Part shown: in pieces, positions 24,823 to 37,280 of the stretch
Numbering within the stretch: position 1 is the first letter of the stretch
Layout of the letters: every line of letters starts with the position of its first letter
Assembly (NCBI RefSeq): GCF_009834535.1
Contig: NC_045697.1
Location: forward strand, 32,304,001-32,368,000
Direction: 5' to 3'
Length of the DNA: 64,000 nucleotides
Origin: Camelus ferus
Lineage: Eukaryota
Position numbers and translations under genes: made by a program
The notes under the pieces: model-generated
The model's input: only the letters and a program-made list of their open reading frames with translations
Database searches by the model: none
What the model was told of the DNA's origin: nothing

Positions 24823-26167
24823 TTTTTTTTAAACTTTTTTTTATTGAGTTGTAATCATTTTACAATGCTGTGTCAAATTCCAGTGTACAGCACAATTTTT
24901 CAGTTATACATGAACATGCATATATTCATTATCACATTTTTTTTTGCTGTGAGCTACCATAAGATCTTGTACATATTTCTCTGTGCTATACAGTATAATC
25001 TTGTTTATCTATTCTACATATGCCTGTCAGTATCTACAAATTTTGAGCTCCCAGTCTATCCCTTCCCACCCCCCTCCCCCTTGGCAACCACAAGTTTGTA
25101 TTCTATGTCTATGAGTCTGTTTCTGTTTTGTATTTATCTTCTTCTTCTTCTTTTTTTTTTTTTTTTAGATTCCACATATGAGTGATCTCATATGGTATTT
25201 TTCTTTCTCTTTCTAGCTTACTTCACTTAGAATGACATTCTCCAGGGACATCTATGTTGCTGCAAATGGCATTATGTTGTCATTTTTATGGCTGAATAAT
25301 ATTCCATTGTATAAATATATCACCTCTTCTTCATCCACTCATCTGTTGGTGGACATTTAGGCTGTTTCCATGTCTTGGCCAATGTAAATAGTGCTGCTAT
25401 GAACATTGGGGTGCAGGTGTCTTTTTGAAGTAGGGTTCCTTCTGGATATATGCCCAGGAGTGGAATTCCTGGGTCATACGGTAAGTCTATTCCTGGTCTT
25501 TTGAGGTATCTCCATACAGTTTTCCACAGTGGCTGCACCAAACTGCTTTCCCACCAGCAGTGTAGGAGGATTCCCTTTTCTCCACAGCCTCTCCAGCATT
25601 TGTCATTTGTGGACTTTTGAATGATGGCCATTCTGGCTGGTGTGAGGTGATACCTCATTGTAGTTCTGATTTGCATTTCTCTGATTATTAGTGATATTGA
25701 GCATTTTTTCATGTGCCAATTGATCATTTGTATGTCTTCCTTGGCGAATTGCTTGTTTAGGTCTTCTGCCCATTTTTGGATTGGGTTGTTTGTTTTTTTC
25801 TTATTAAGTCATATGTGCTACTTATATATTCTGGAGATCAAGCCTTCATTGGTTTCATCTGCAAAAATTTTCTCCCCTTCGGTAGGTTGTTTTTTTAGTT
25901 TTACTTATGGTTTCCTTTGCTGTGTAGAAGCTTTTAAGTTTCATTAGGTCCCATTTGTTTATTCTTGCTTTTATTTCTATTGCTTGGGAAGACTGTTCTA
26001 GGAGAACATTTTTGAGATGTATGTGAGGTAATGTTTTGCCTATATTTTCTTCTAGGAGGTTTATTGTATCTTGTCTTATGTTTAAGTTTTTGATCCATTT
26101 TGAGTTTATTTTTGTGTATGGTGTAAGGGACTGTTCTAGCTTCATTGATTTTTATGCTGCTGTCCAG
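24823..26167 (-). mobile_element. Young 5'-truncated camelid L1 (ORF2 3' part and 3'UTR)
   Basis: ORFs 25855-26145 (KLEQSLTPYTKINSKWIK) and 25320-25727 ([15 protein letters not shown]...HCWWE...[11 protein letters not shown]) are L1 ORF2p. Perfect 16-bp TSD tttttctttccttttg at 24807-24822 and 26168-26183. Confidence 0.97.
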
Positions 26168-28539
26168 TTTTTCTTTCCTTTTGATTGTAATTTTTGTCAT
26201 TTTTATCAATCATTTGAACTGTCAAAAGTCTTTAGATAAAATCTATTAGTGCATGTTTTTATGTTTCTATGTTTATAATTATCCAAGAAACTCAAGTTTC
26301 AAATCTACCTTTTTTTTTTTAATCCTTAGATGATTCAATTATCAGTAGGATTGAAAGAATTAAACTTCAGTTTCTTCTCTAATTATCAAGTTTAAAAATC
26401 CCAGGTAGGAAATTAGTGCCAGATGTTGTCTTAAATTTGGAAAAACACAAAAATTTTAAAAATCTTTTTGAATTAGTCAAATCAAATTAAAAATGGATAT
26501 GGCTGTTATAGTATAAAATAATAATTTGTTTTTCTATTTTAAATAGGACTTAAAGTTATAAACTGTTATTTTTAATGATCTAAAATGCTTCATTATGAAT
26601 CATTTTTTAAAAAAGCCTGTATCATATTAATATTGATACTGAATAATATTCTCGTTTCTGGGATTAGTCAGTTGGCTAATTAGTATTTAAAGAATCCCAG
26701 TCACACCAGAAATCACTACTTTTGTAAAAGCAGTGTTGAAAGAGGAGATAATTTGGGGAAATAGACAAGAGTGTCCTCACAGATAGGTAAGCACAGCTCT
26801 GTTCAAGTGGCTGCAGATGCACAAGAATTCTAACCAACGTTGCAGTGCTTGAAGCCCCTGTGTGGTTACTTCTCTGGCTTATTTGTCTTTGAAACGCAAA
26901 GGAAGAAAGGGTGTGATGTCACACTAAGTACAATATCATCATCATGTCCACAAAGTAGAATTCCAACATCAATAGATGAAATTGATATAATTTGGTTTGT
27001 TGGAAAGGTGTATGTTAAATAAATTCTCTCTACCTAGAATTTTTCTTAAAATTTATTCTGGAGAAAAGTGGCTGTTAATCATGTAATACCTTGGACATCA
27101 CAAGCTCTTGATCAATGTATTTTTAAAATGCTCACTTTGCCTATTTGCTGTCTTTATGAGAATTCCTCACTGTGGCAGAATTCCTTGAACAACATAATGC
27201 AGTATTAATCACTCCTAGACTTAACTAACACAGGATCATTCTTGTTTTAAATAAAGTAAAATAATAGGTTGTTAAGAAACCATCTACGTTTGAAAATACT
27301 CAAAAGTCTATGAGTTTGAAAAAAATGGGGTTGCAGTGCCGATTACCCAGTTTATCGATTATTTATGTTAATATTTTCTTCATATGTTAATAGGCACTAT
27401 GGCATTTACAGAACAGAAAAACTAGAAAATAGTTCCAAAAATAGTTTATTGTTGTAAGTATTTTCCTAAGTTACTATGTCCACCCTACGATACAGAACTC
27501 TGAGCACTGAGTAAGAACCCATTAGTAGGATTTACAGGGGATTTTCATCATCCTAGTGGAACACCCATTATCCATTGCGCCATGTATATTCATCTTAAAG
27601 TGTTTAAACCACTTGTGAGTTTTTGTTTATTTATTTATTTAAAAAATTCTTTAGTTGAATGAAAGAGTCTTTAAATTCTATACTGCTTTACACTTATCAA
27701 AAGTTTCACACACGTGATTTCATATAATCCCATAATAACCCTTTCCCCACTACTCCTCTATTGCTCAGGAATACATGGACAGAAAAAGCACAGCCAGGAC
27801 CAGTGGGACTGAGACTGGGACTGAGATTCTAGGCTGCAGGAGACAGCTGGGGAAGCTGCTCAGGAAGCAAGGAGAGCATTTCTCCAATGCCCGCCTCACA
27901 TGTGGCTAAGATGGTTATATATATATAAAAAGAATAACCCAGAGGGTATCTAGGACCTTTTGGCAAACAGATTTTACCTGCGTTCCACCTCATCTCTGCA
28001 CTCGAAGGGATTATTCAAGGTCAGCTTTCGCCAAGCCATAGGAGAAGAGTGTTCTGTTATATGCTGTCCTCAGGGCATTGGCTGCCTACTTGGATTATAT
28101 CGACATTTCCATAACTAAGAGATATTTAAATTTTGTTTTCTCCCACAGTAACAAAATTCTGTCCTGAAAAGACTTGCCTTTTTACTTGTGATCATGGAGA
28201 TTCTTCAATCGGCAGCTCCAACTCTTGTATAAGATGTGAAATTCCCTGTGGCAAGGTCAAGGTAGAAATCAGATTGCTTCTTTTTTTTGTGTGTATTGGA
28301 AATTAAAAATCTTTCCTCTTTTTTTTTTTTATTTTGAAGGGGGTGGTTATAATTTCTTCAACGCTATCAGTTTCACAGTGCATCTAATATTACACAAGAC
28401 ATAGCTGTTATTAAAAGGTGTGAAGCAATGTTTACCTGGATTTTTCCAGCTCCTTGATCCTTTTTATCTCTCACAGAATGCAGTGAATTCTTAAAGGTAT
28501 AGCACTGAACAGATTGGAGAGTTGTAGGTGACTGTGTAC

Positions 28540-29545
28540 ACCTTTTTAAATTTTGTTGAAGAGTGAACATTTTAAGTCATGCGATATGGTAACTTGGGAA
28601 ATTATATTTCTCCTCCTGCTCAGGGTTTTCTGTTATTGCTGTTTGTTGTTTTTGTTGTTATTGTTGCTACTGTTGTTTCTTTCTGTTTGTGTAATGACTT
28701 CTCTGGGCTAATTCTATAAAGTCTGTATTTTTTGTGTGTGGCCACTGAAGTCTCTACTTAATATGCTTGATGGTCTGCTAATGATTGACAGGGATTTCTT
28801 TAATTGCCTCAAACCAAAAATCTCTCGGTCTTTCCTCTGGGACTCTGTATGTTACGGTATGCCTTTAACCTTACAGTGTTTTACAGCTTTATTTTAATCT
28901 TTTACTTCCTGCTTGTAGAGTCTCAAGGTGAGCCAGAGATGTGAGATTTAAGCCAAATCAGATATTTCCTAGGCATGCGCACAGCTCTGTGTAGGAGGAC
29001 AGCCTACTATATCCCCCAGGAATATGTCAAAGCTTTTAAAAGCCTCTTATATACATCTAATTCCCAAGATTTGTCTTTTGAGAGTCTTTGCCAGTCCTTT
29101 GTTATACCCAACTAGTATCACAGCTCAAGGAGCTGCAGTGTTAAATAGGGCCACTGATTACTTTTAACAAATCCTTCTTAGGGCAGAGCTTTTCACAGTA
29201 AATGAGTGCTGTGTTAGGTCAGGTAAAGGCAAGCTCTGTGAATAGTGTTTTCCTAGGGTGCTACCAGACAAGTTAAATAATGATAATTCTCTGGGAATGG
29301 GACTTTGGGGGCAGCTCCAAAACATCTGCCTCCTCCTGTCTGCTTCCTCCTAGAGGCTGCTAGGCGCCTGGTCTTCACAGGTACAGTGGTTGTGAGGTTG
29401 TGTGGACCTGGAGAGAACAGAATGTGAATAGAGCAATTAAAATGCTACAAAGCTCACTGTTATACCGAGATTTAGCCATTTTTAAATGCTGCCTTAGATT
29501 GTTAAAATCTTTACTTAATTTCCAGAGAGAGTTCTGAAATAGTTC
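28540..29545 (-). mobile_element. Old L1M (L1MD/L1M4-like) 5' region
   Basis: ctaattctataaagtctgtatt...gtggccactgaagtctct, tttacttcctgcttg, aaatgctacaaagctcactgtt and ttaatttccagag. Confidence 0.6.
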
Positions 29546-29546
29546 C

Positions 29547-29996
29547 ATACATATATATGGAGATTTGTTACAGGAATTGGCTTATTTGCTTATGGAGGCT
29601 GAGAAGCCCCACAGTCTGCCCTCTGCCATCTGGAAAAGCAGGAAAACCAGTGGTACAATTCAGTCTGGGGCTGAAGGGCCACTAGTGTAAGTCCTAGCGT
29701 CCAAAGGCCAGAGAACCAGGAGCTCTGATATCTGATGCAGAAGATGGACATCCCAACTCAAGAAGACAAGGAGAGAGAGAATTTTCCGTTTCTCCGTCTT
29801 TTTATTCACTTCAAGCCCTCAGCATTTTGGAAAATTGCCCTCTTTGGTGAGGGTGGGTGGTCTTTATTTGGTCTACTGAGTCAAATGCTAATCTCTTTCA
29901 GAGACACTTTCCTGGATGCATCCAGAAATAATGTTTTACCAGCTATCTGGGCATCATTTAGCCTAGTCGAGTAGACACATAAAGTTAACCGTCACA
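29547..29996 (-). mobile_element. MLT2B-type ERVL LTR
   Basis: ggaattggcttat...atggaggctgagaagccccaca, caaatgctaatctcttt, cagctatctgggcatc; ends gacacataaagttaaccgtcaca. Confidence 0.85.
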
Positions 29997-32013
29997 GTAG
30001 GTGATCAGTCCACAAAACGGACAAAATACCTTAGATCCCTAATGTAGAACTGAATGAAACAGAGATATTCCTCCTGGGAGTTCCCTGGAGCCACATTCAA
30101 GGCACAGGAGGCTAAACAGGCAAGTGTGTGTATGTTCTCTACATTATATTTCAGAGTGCGGTATGTTATTACTGGAATTCTTTAACAATTGTGTTTCTGT
30201 TGAATTGGGGGGCGTGGGTAAAGGCTGCAAAATGACACGAGGTTGGGCTCAGAGAAATTGACGGTGCAGGCAGGGCTGGTGATGCACATTTCTGTCTGGG
30301 GCAAGTGGGGCTATATGCTCCATAGGTTTTGCTCTAGAAGAAAACCTGTTTTTCCCTGCTGTTTCCTCATGTTGGGGATTTGAATGAGGGCAGGATCATT
30401 CTAACTGGAACACTTGGAATTAATAATCTGGGTTTCAGTCTTGCTGGCATGAAAATGTACTGTTCTCTGATGCCTCTCTGCGTATCAGCATTAGCTTTAA
30501 CTGGAGGCCTTGTAGCTCACAACCTCTCAGGTCAGAGACCGGATTTCTAGGCTACCTGAAAAATTGCTGCTGGGGTTATTCAGGGAATCAACTGGTTGTT
30601 TTTTTTTTTTCCTTCAATATTTTCCATACTACCTTAAAAGTTACCTTAAAAAGTCGTCTTGCCAAATTTGACAGCATTTTGTGTAAACTTAGTCGTCAAG
30701 TTAAAATTTCCCAAATATCTTATCCCAACGTGAAGTTGCTAATGGAATGAGTAGTGGGAAATGTGAGTTATATAAATCTGGCACTGCCTGAATTTCAGAG
30801 CTTGAGTCAAGTAATTTCTATCAGATTCATTTCATTGCAAATAAGATGAGGAAGCAAGACAAAATGATCTCTCATCCCTTACAAAGCTGTGATTCTGTAA
30901 CAATGTGCAGTATTGAATAAGTTTGCTAAAGGAAATAACTCAGTTTCTATGCATCTACATAGATCACTTCACAACTTTTTTTTTTTGAAAATGTCTCTCT
31001 TCATTCTAGATTTCTGGGTACCTTATTATCCCCGTCTCTTAGAAACTGTAAGGTAACAAAGCAAGAGACTGATATATCTTGATTTGGAAGATAATGTGTT
31101 AAATTTATCGTGCTATATTTTGAATCCACTAAATCCAAATGACTTTACCATAGTTGCTTCTCAAAAGTTCATAACACTGCTTCACACAATCTTTTCTCTC
31201 TTAATGGATATAAAATTGGCTACCAGAAAAGAAACTTCATAGCACTTTATGTATATATTCAAAGGCCAAATCAGATGTCATTTGTGTAGCTATCACTAGT
31301 AAAATAATCATGTAGTGTAATTAGCACTGTATTGTGTTAATTCTGCCTGCTCTTAGGAAACACAAACTTCTTAATGTACCTAATAAACAGCTAGAAACGA
31401 ACTCATTACAGATGACAACAGCGAAATGACATGTCTGCTTTTCTTCTATTCGTGTCTGCTTATTGGGTTTGAGTGAATCATTGAATAGTAGAGCAGGATA
31501 TTTATTGTTTATCAATATACATATAAGAGGAACTAGGCAATAGGTGTGTTTCTTCAGTACAAATTTGTTTATACCACAGATTCAATTCTTTGCAGAATGA
31601 GTATGAAGTGCTGATAATATTTCAGTAAGAAAATCCTCAAGGTATTTTTTCAATCATAGTGTACTTTTACAAGTATCCAGAATGAATTATACTTATTTCA
31701 AAATTTTTGCTCTTATTTTAACTTAAGGAAAATGCAAATCAGTGTGAAAGAGATTTCTGAATCTGAGTTTAACTGTGTGTGAAATTCTGTTTATAGATGG
31801 GTGGTGTTTGGCAGCTCCTTCGTAAAGTGGCCTCAGAGTGGAGCCATTAGAACTGAAGTTTCCCTTCTTCCAGACAAATGAGAGTAGAAGTCTCCTCATT
31901 CTGGGTCTCTGCTGAGAAATATCTGTAATGTTGCAACGGCAGTACAATGAAAAAAAATTTTTTGAATGAGTAAACTATAATTCTAAATGGATTAAACAGA
32001 GATTTTTGGGAGC

Positions 32014-32237
32014 CAGGGTTTCTCAACTTTGGCCCTATTGACATTTGGGCCCTATTATTCTTTGTTGTAGGGGGCTGTCATGTGCATTGTAGAATGTTTA
32101 GCATCATCTTTGCCCTCTACTCATTAGATTGCTACATTATTCTAGTTGTGACAATCAAAAATGTCCCCAGACAAGATCAAATGTGTCCCAAGGGGGCAAA
32201 ATCTCCTCTCCCTCCCTTACTCCATTTAAAACCTCTG
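32014..32237 (+). mobile_element. MER20 (hAT-Charlie) MITE
   Basis: cagggtttctcaac...gggggctgtcatgtgcattgtagaatgtttagca...gttgtgacaatcaaaaatgtc. Confidence 0.85.
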
Positions 32238-32809
32238 TTTTGGGCAAAGCAATGATGTAGCATGTTTTCTCTAATTTGGATGCTGCTGTGTGGTTCTGAT
32301 AGAGGATCCATTGTGGCAGGAACTATTTGGGATGAGCTGTATGAGTTCTTCATATATTCTGGATATTAACTCCTTTTCAGACATAAGATTTGCAAGTACT
32401 TCCTCTGGGGGATGACAGTTTCGTGTGCAGAGAAGAATGATTAGGTTTGATGGTGTTTCGGTGTAGGTCTGAGAGAGCCAGGGCTGGTCCTGGATGGCTC
32501 TCTAGCATTCTGTAGGCTTTGTACCCAGGTTTTCTGAAGAGTATAAAATTATTTGTAGAAAGTTGGATTTTAGTCCCCCCATTGGCAGTTTCTGAAAAGA
32601 CCTTTAGGGAAAAGACCAATAAGTTTCTACTATCTCTCTCTTCAAAGCTCCAAAGACATCATTAACACTCTCCTCAAAGTCTGTCCAGGTTCTCACTTTC
32701 TGGAAACTCCCCTCTTTCCAAAGCCACTTCTCTATTTTGTTGCTGCCGTTGTTGTTGTTGTGTTTGTCATGGTGGGACTCCACCACAAAATACAAAAATC
32801 TATTTGATT

Positions 32810-33321
32810 TTTCAATTACTCCAAACTTAGTGGCTTAAAACAATAATAAACTTTTAATATAGCACACAGTAATAATGGTCAGGAATTCAAGAACTGCTCA
32901 GCTGAAGGGTTCTAACTTGGTGCCTGCTGTAAGGTTGCAGTTAAGATGTGAGCCGGGTCTCAAGACATCCGAAGTTTTGACTGGAACCAGAAGATCCATT
33001 TCCAAGATGGTGCTCTCACATGGTGGTTAGTAGGACTCTTTGGTCCCTTGCTGGCTATCGGCAAGAGGCTTTACATGGACTCCTATAGGGCTGCTTGGAA
33101 ATCCTCATGACATGACAGCTGGCTTCCCCCAGAGTGGAAGATCTGAGAGGCAGTTAGGCAGACAGTATAAAGTCTTTTATGACTTAATCTTGGAAGTTAC
33201 ATTTCTGCCATATCCCTATAGTTACAAAGTCAGCCCTATTCAGAGAGGGAGGGGACTGCAATAGGGTAAAATACCAGGAGGGAGGTATCACAGGGGACCA
33301 ACTTGGTGGCTGGCTGCCGCA
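32810..33321 (-). mobile_element. MLT1F/G/H-type MaLR LTR
   Basis: ccaaacttagtggcttaaaacaata, tccaagatggtgctctcacatgg and catgacagctggcttcccccagagtg. Confidence 0.8.
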
Positions 33322-33973
33322 ATCTCTTCAGCTTGCTTCCGTTGTTTGGCTTTCTTTTGACTGTCCGTCACATTTTCTGCCTCTTTGCATGTCAAGATTC
33401 ACTTGTGTGACAGTCTTTGTGTTTAAAGAGACATTGTGTTGAAGCTCCAAATCATACTATCTTTTACCCAAAGGCTTGGCTTTCCTCTGTTAAGCAGGTA
33501 AGGTAAGGGGCTCATTATCTCAACCTAGCTTGAGGCTGGATTGGATCAGGGCTGGGCTGCAGGTTTGTTGAGATTCTGTCTACCTTTTCTTTTTCTTTCC
33601 TCTGACGTGTCCTGTCTAAACTTTTTACCAAGAGCCTGGTGAGTCACTCTTTCCTTTCTGAAAGATAATAGACGTATCATGGGGAAAATCTAATTGCATG
33701 TCTAGGGTTCGTGGCATTTTCAAATTATTACACTAGCACTTTATGCCTGTCAAAAACTTCTCTGATTTCTCTTTACCCTGGTAGCATACATCCTCGGCTC
33801 GCACCCAGTTGGAAAATGTCCCCACAGGAACAGGGCTGCTGGCCGACCTACTACAAAAGAAAATGTCCAGATTATTCCCTCACAGAGCTCTCCCCTTTTT
33901 GGTATTCTGATGTTTCAGGTCATCATTCCTCTTTCCTACAGCTCTCTCTAATGCTTTGGTATATATATAATAC

Positions 33974-33996
33974 CACACACACACACACACACACAC
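33974..33996. repeat. (CA)n microsatellite
   Basis: Read directly. Confidence 0.9.
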
Positions 33997-34913
33997 AGAG
34001 TTATATAGGAGCATATTCTGCCGTAGATCCTGTTACTGTTACATCCTACTTGCAACTGGAAGTCTCTACAATTCATTATCTGAGCAAAGAAATGAAAAGG
34101 GGCTATGGCCTTTAAAATTTTATGAAAAGACTCTCTGGTTTTCTCACGTGCATAACCTAATGAAGTAGGGCTGCTGGGCCTGTGTGCTTACAGTGTCATG
34201 TGTGTGTATTTGTTGTGGTTGCTCTTTCCCACTTTGGAGAACAGAATCTTAGATTTCTTTGCCGATGTTGTTTACAGCCCTGACCAACAACTCTAAAGCC
34301 TGACACCGTCTGCGGATCTTCTTTAGTTCTTGCAGAGGTTCCTTCATAAGGCTCGTACGTCAAAAGGAACATATGGCCGTGTGACACGAGACTGATGTGC
34401 TCTGCTCCTGTTATAGCTCTGATGACGGCAGGTGTAAAATTATGGTGCTCGATTGTAATGAGACCAGCTTGACTGGGTACACGGCAAATAGTGAACAGCT
34501 TTTCCAGTGTGGGGATCCTGTAAGCTATGCAGCATCACAAACAAGATACTTTATTGCTAATGCTTTTAGGACATATTTATAAAAATTTGATTGTCTTCTT
34601 ACTAAATTTATTCTTGAAAACTAAATTTACTTTCTAGGGCTCCAGTGATGAAATCAGACTTGGAAATTAGTGGCATATACTTGTCATAACTCCTAACAAT
34701 TGCCAGCAGTTATGCTAATTAGAAGTTCCCGAGGCTCTTGGCTTGACAATTGAGGTTAAGCAGCTGTGTAAATACAGAAACCAGAAACTTATAAATCCAA
34801 ATGTGTCACTAAGGTCACACCTTATGAATAGGTATTGCTCACTAATTATACACACTGAATATACATTGTCCATTCTGAGATGTGCAGTTGCTGTTCTTTT
34901 GAGTGAATCACAG

Positions 34914-35520
34914 TGATGCAGGAAAAACGGACGTGGGGCAGTGAGGAGGGCCGTGTCCCAGGCTTCGGTTGAGCCCCTGGGACGTGCCCCACCAAGTGTG
35001 GTTCCTTGGCTTCACACAGGGAAGAATTCAAGAGCGAGCCACAGTTGAGTAAAGGTAGATCTATTCAGAGAGATACATTGAAAGGCAAGAGAAGGACACG
35101 CAGTGTGGGGGTTGAGTGCTCAGATTAGAGTAAAAGTAGGTAGACAGAGTGCGGGAAAGAGAGAGGCCGGTGAGGGGCAGTGTTGCCCATTTTTATGGGC
35201 TTTGGTAGCTTCATATGCAAATAAGTGGAAGGACCAGTCTAACTAGCCTGGGGAAGGGGCTGGGATTCCCAGGAAGTTGGCCATTTCCCACTCTTTGACC
35301 TTTTGTGGCTAGCCTTGGGACTGCCACGGCACCTGTGGGCATGTTATTCACCATGCTAATATATTACAATGGGCATATAATGAAGCTCAAGGTCTACTAG
35401 ATGTTAAATCTCCCATCATCTTGAGCCTCAAGGCCTACTGGGGGTTGAATCTTTCACCATTGTGATGTTAATTGCTGTATTATTCCTTGAATGGCTGTGC
35501 CCTGCCCCCTTCCTGTCTCA
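34914..35520 (-). mobile_element. MER41-like ERV1 solo LTR
   Basis: TG...CA termini and 4-bp TSD acag (34910-34913 / 35521-35524). Minus-strand blocks tgagacagga, cattatatgcccattgtaatatattagcatg, ttcctgggaatcccagcccc, cccataaaaatgggcaac and gaattcttccctgtgtgaagccaaggaacc match my recall of the MER41 consensus. Confidence 0.85.
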
Positions 35521-36000
35521 ACAGAATCAAAGAACTGGAGCAGATTTCGGGGACTGCCTAAAAGAATTCTATTCACTTACAACCACCACCGCAAGCCCAG
35601 TTAGAGCCTAAACCGTGTCCCACTTTTCATTCCTGCCTCACACCTTCCTCCCTAATCTCATGTTATCATCTTTTACTGTGCACTGTTCTATTAAAGTAAA
35701 AATCGGTCCCTTCTTCCCTTTCCTTCCTTTTCTTTCCTGCTATCATGTGTTTTGGGAACTCATATATAGCATCACTAAATTTCTTGCTTTTCCTAATAGA
35801 CTTTCTTCCTCTCTTGAGGTTAGCTGAACCCCAGCATTTCTCTTACGACAGTTTACACTCACAACGTGCTTTAAGGCTTTGTGTTATCTTTTTATTTACA
35901 TTAATACCAGACCCTAGTCCTTAGAGTCTAGTAAATTTTAGGGTAATTAGGGTATTACATTTGCTATTCCCTCTACTGAGGACCCTGTCCTGGATGCTAA

Positions 36001-36516
36001 TGTTGCCTCAAAACTGGCATCTGCACCCCGAAAGCCAAATTGAGTCTCCGAGGCAGAGTTTTGGGAGGAAAAGAGCAGCTTTATTGCTTTGCCAGGCAAA
36101 GGGGAGTCCCAGCAGGCTAATGCCTTAGAGACTGTGAATCCATCTTGGGGTTGGGGTCTTGAAGATTATAGAAAAACTGGATGGATCAGAAAAGATGAAA
36201 ACAATCAGGGTGCTTTGCAGGGTGCTGCTACATTCCTCTTACCTAGAGTCCTGGGGGAACTGTGGAGTGTCCCATCCATTCTTCTGAGATTATTGGCCCA
36301 TTACCTTCTTCCTGGAGCATAGCCTCTGGGTTAAAACTATTGTAAAGAAAGAAAGGGAGACGTTTGGGAGTTGCTTAGTGCAAAAGCAGTAAGGATGAGA
36401 AAGAAATTGCAGCATTTCTTAGAAAGAATCAGTGAGCAGTTTTAGCATCAGGGAAGTCAGTGTGTTTCCTACTCCTTCTGAAAGATCAGGAGGACATGGA
36501 TCAAATGGCTGGTTAC
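36001..36516 (-). mobile_element. Cetartiodactyl ERV1-type LTR (TSD not resolved)
   Basis: cagagttttgggaggaaaagagcagctttattgctttgccaggcaaagggg...ggctaatgcc, which places an AATAAA on the minus strand, typical of these LTRs. Confidence 0.65.
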
Positions 36517-37049
36517 CTCTGAGGTGTGGGCACCGGAGGTAGATGCCTGACGCGGTGCTGGGAATGTTGTGGATGGTAGGCCCTCACATTTGTTGAATTA
36601 ACTAGAGAGTGAATGAGTCAATACCTTAAGTAATTAAAAAATGGGGCCCATATTTACTGTTCATTTTTTCTCAGCTTCTTTCTCTCTACAACCTTTTTAT
36701 AGTTTACCTGTCCCTTCCACGGGAATGAATTTCTCAAAAGGTTGAAAATGACCTTTAGACTATCAGATTTTTAAATCCAGCAGTCCCCTTTCATAACTCA
36801 TCCTACACCTTTCTTTGGCCTTTCTCTTCTTTTGCAGTCATCACACCCTTCAAAGAGAAAGAATGCTTCCATTAATTGCTACCTTTGTGTTGTCGTTGTT
36901 GTTGTTGTCAGTAAGACGTGATTCCTAAAACTCTTTATAGAGTTTTGTGCTTTACTTTAGTAACTTACCATTGTGTGGCTTGTGATAATTATAGTTTTAC
37001 ATTATTTCTTGTTTTCCCTGTTAGATTGTGGATTCTTTGTGGTTGATAA

Positions 37050-37280
37050 CAATGACTAACATTTATAGAACAGTGATAGGCAATATTCTAAGTGCTATAC
37101 ACATAGGAACTTAGTCTTCATAACACTATAACTAGGGTATATTTTTGTCATTATTTCTACAGAGGAGGACACTGAGGCCAAGAGAGATTAAGTAAGCGCT
37201 CAAGGCCATGTCGCTGGTGAATGGCAGAGCCAGGAGTAGAGCACACACAGTTTGGCTCAATCGTCTATGTGTTACTTCCC
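37050..37280 (-). mobile_element. MIR
   Basis: acagaggaggacactgaggccaagagagattaagtaagcgctcaaggccatg. Confidence 0.75.

Noticed and set aside
25320..26209. Active L1 ORF2
   Set aside because: 5'-truncated to about 1.3 kb, frameshifted, with no promoter or ORF1.
33711..34115. 134-aa ORF
   Set aside because: Runs through probable old L1 5' sequence and a (CA)n repeat, has a non-ATG start, and shows no recognisable domain.
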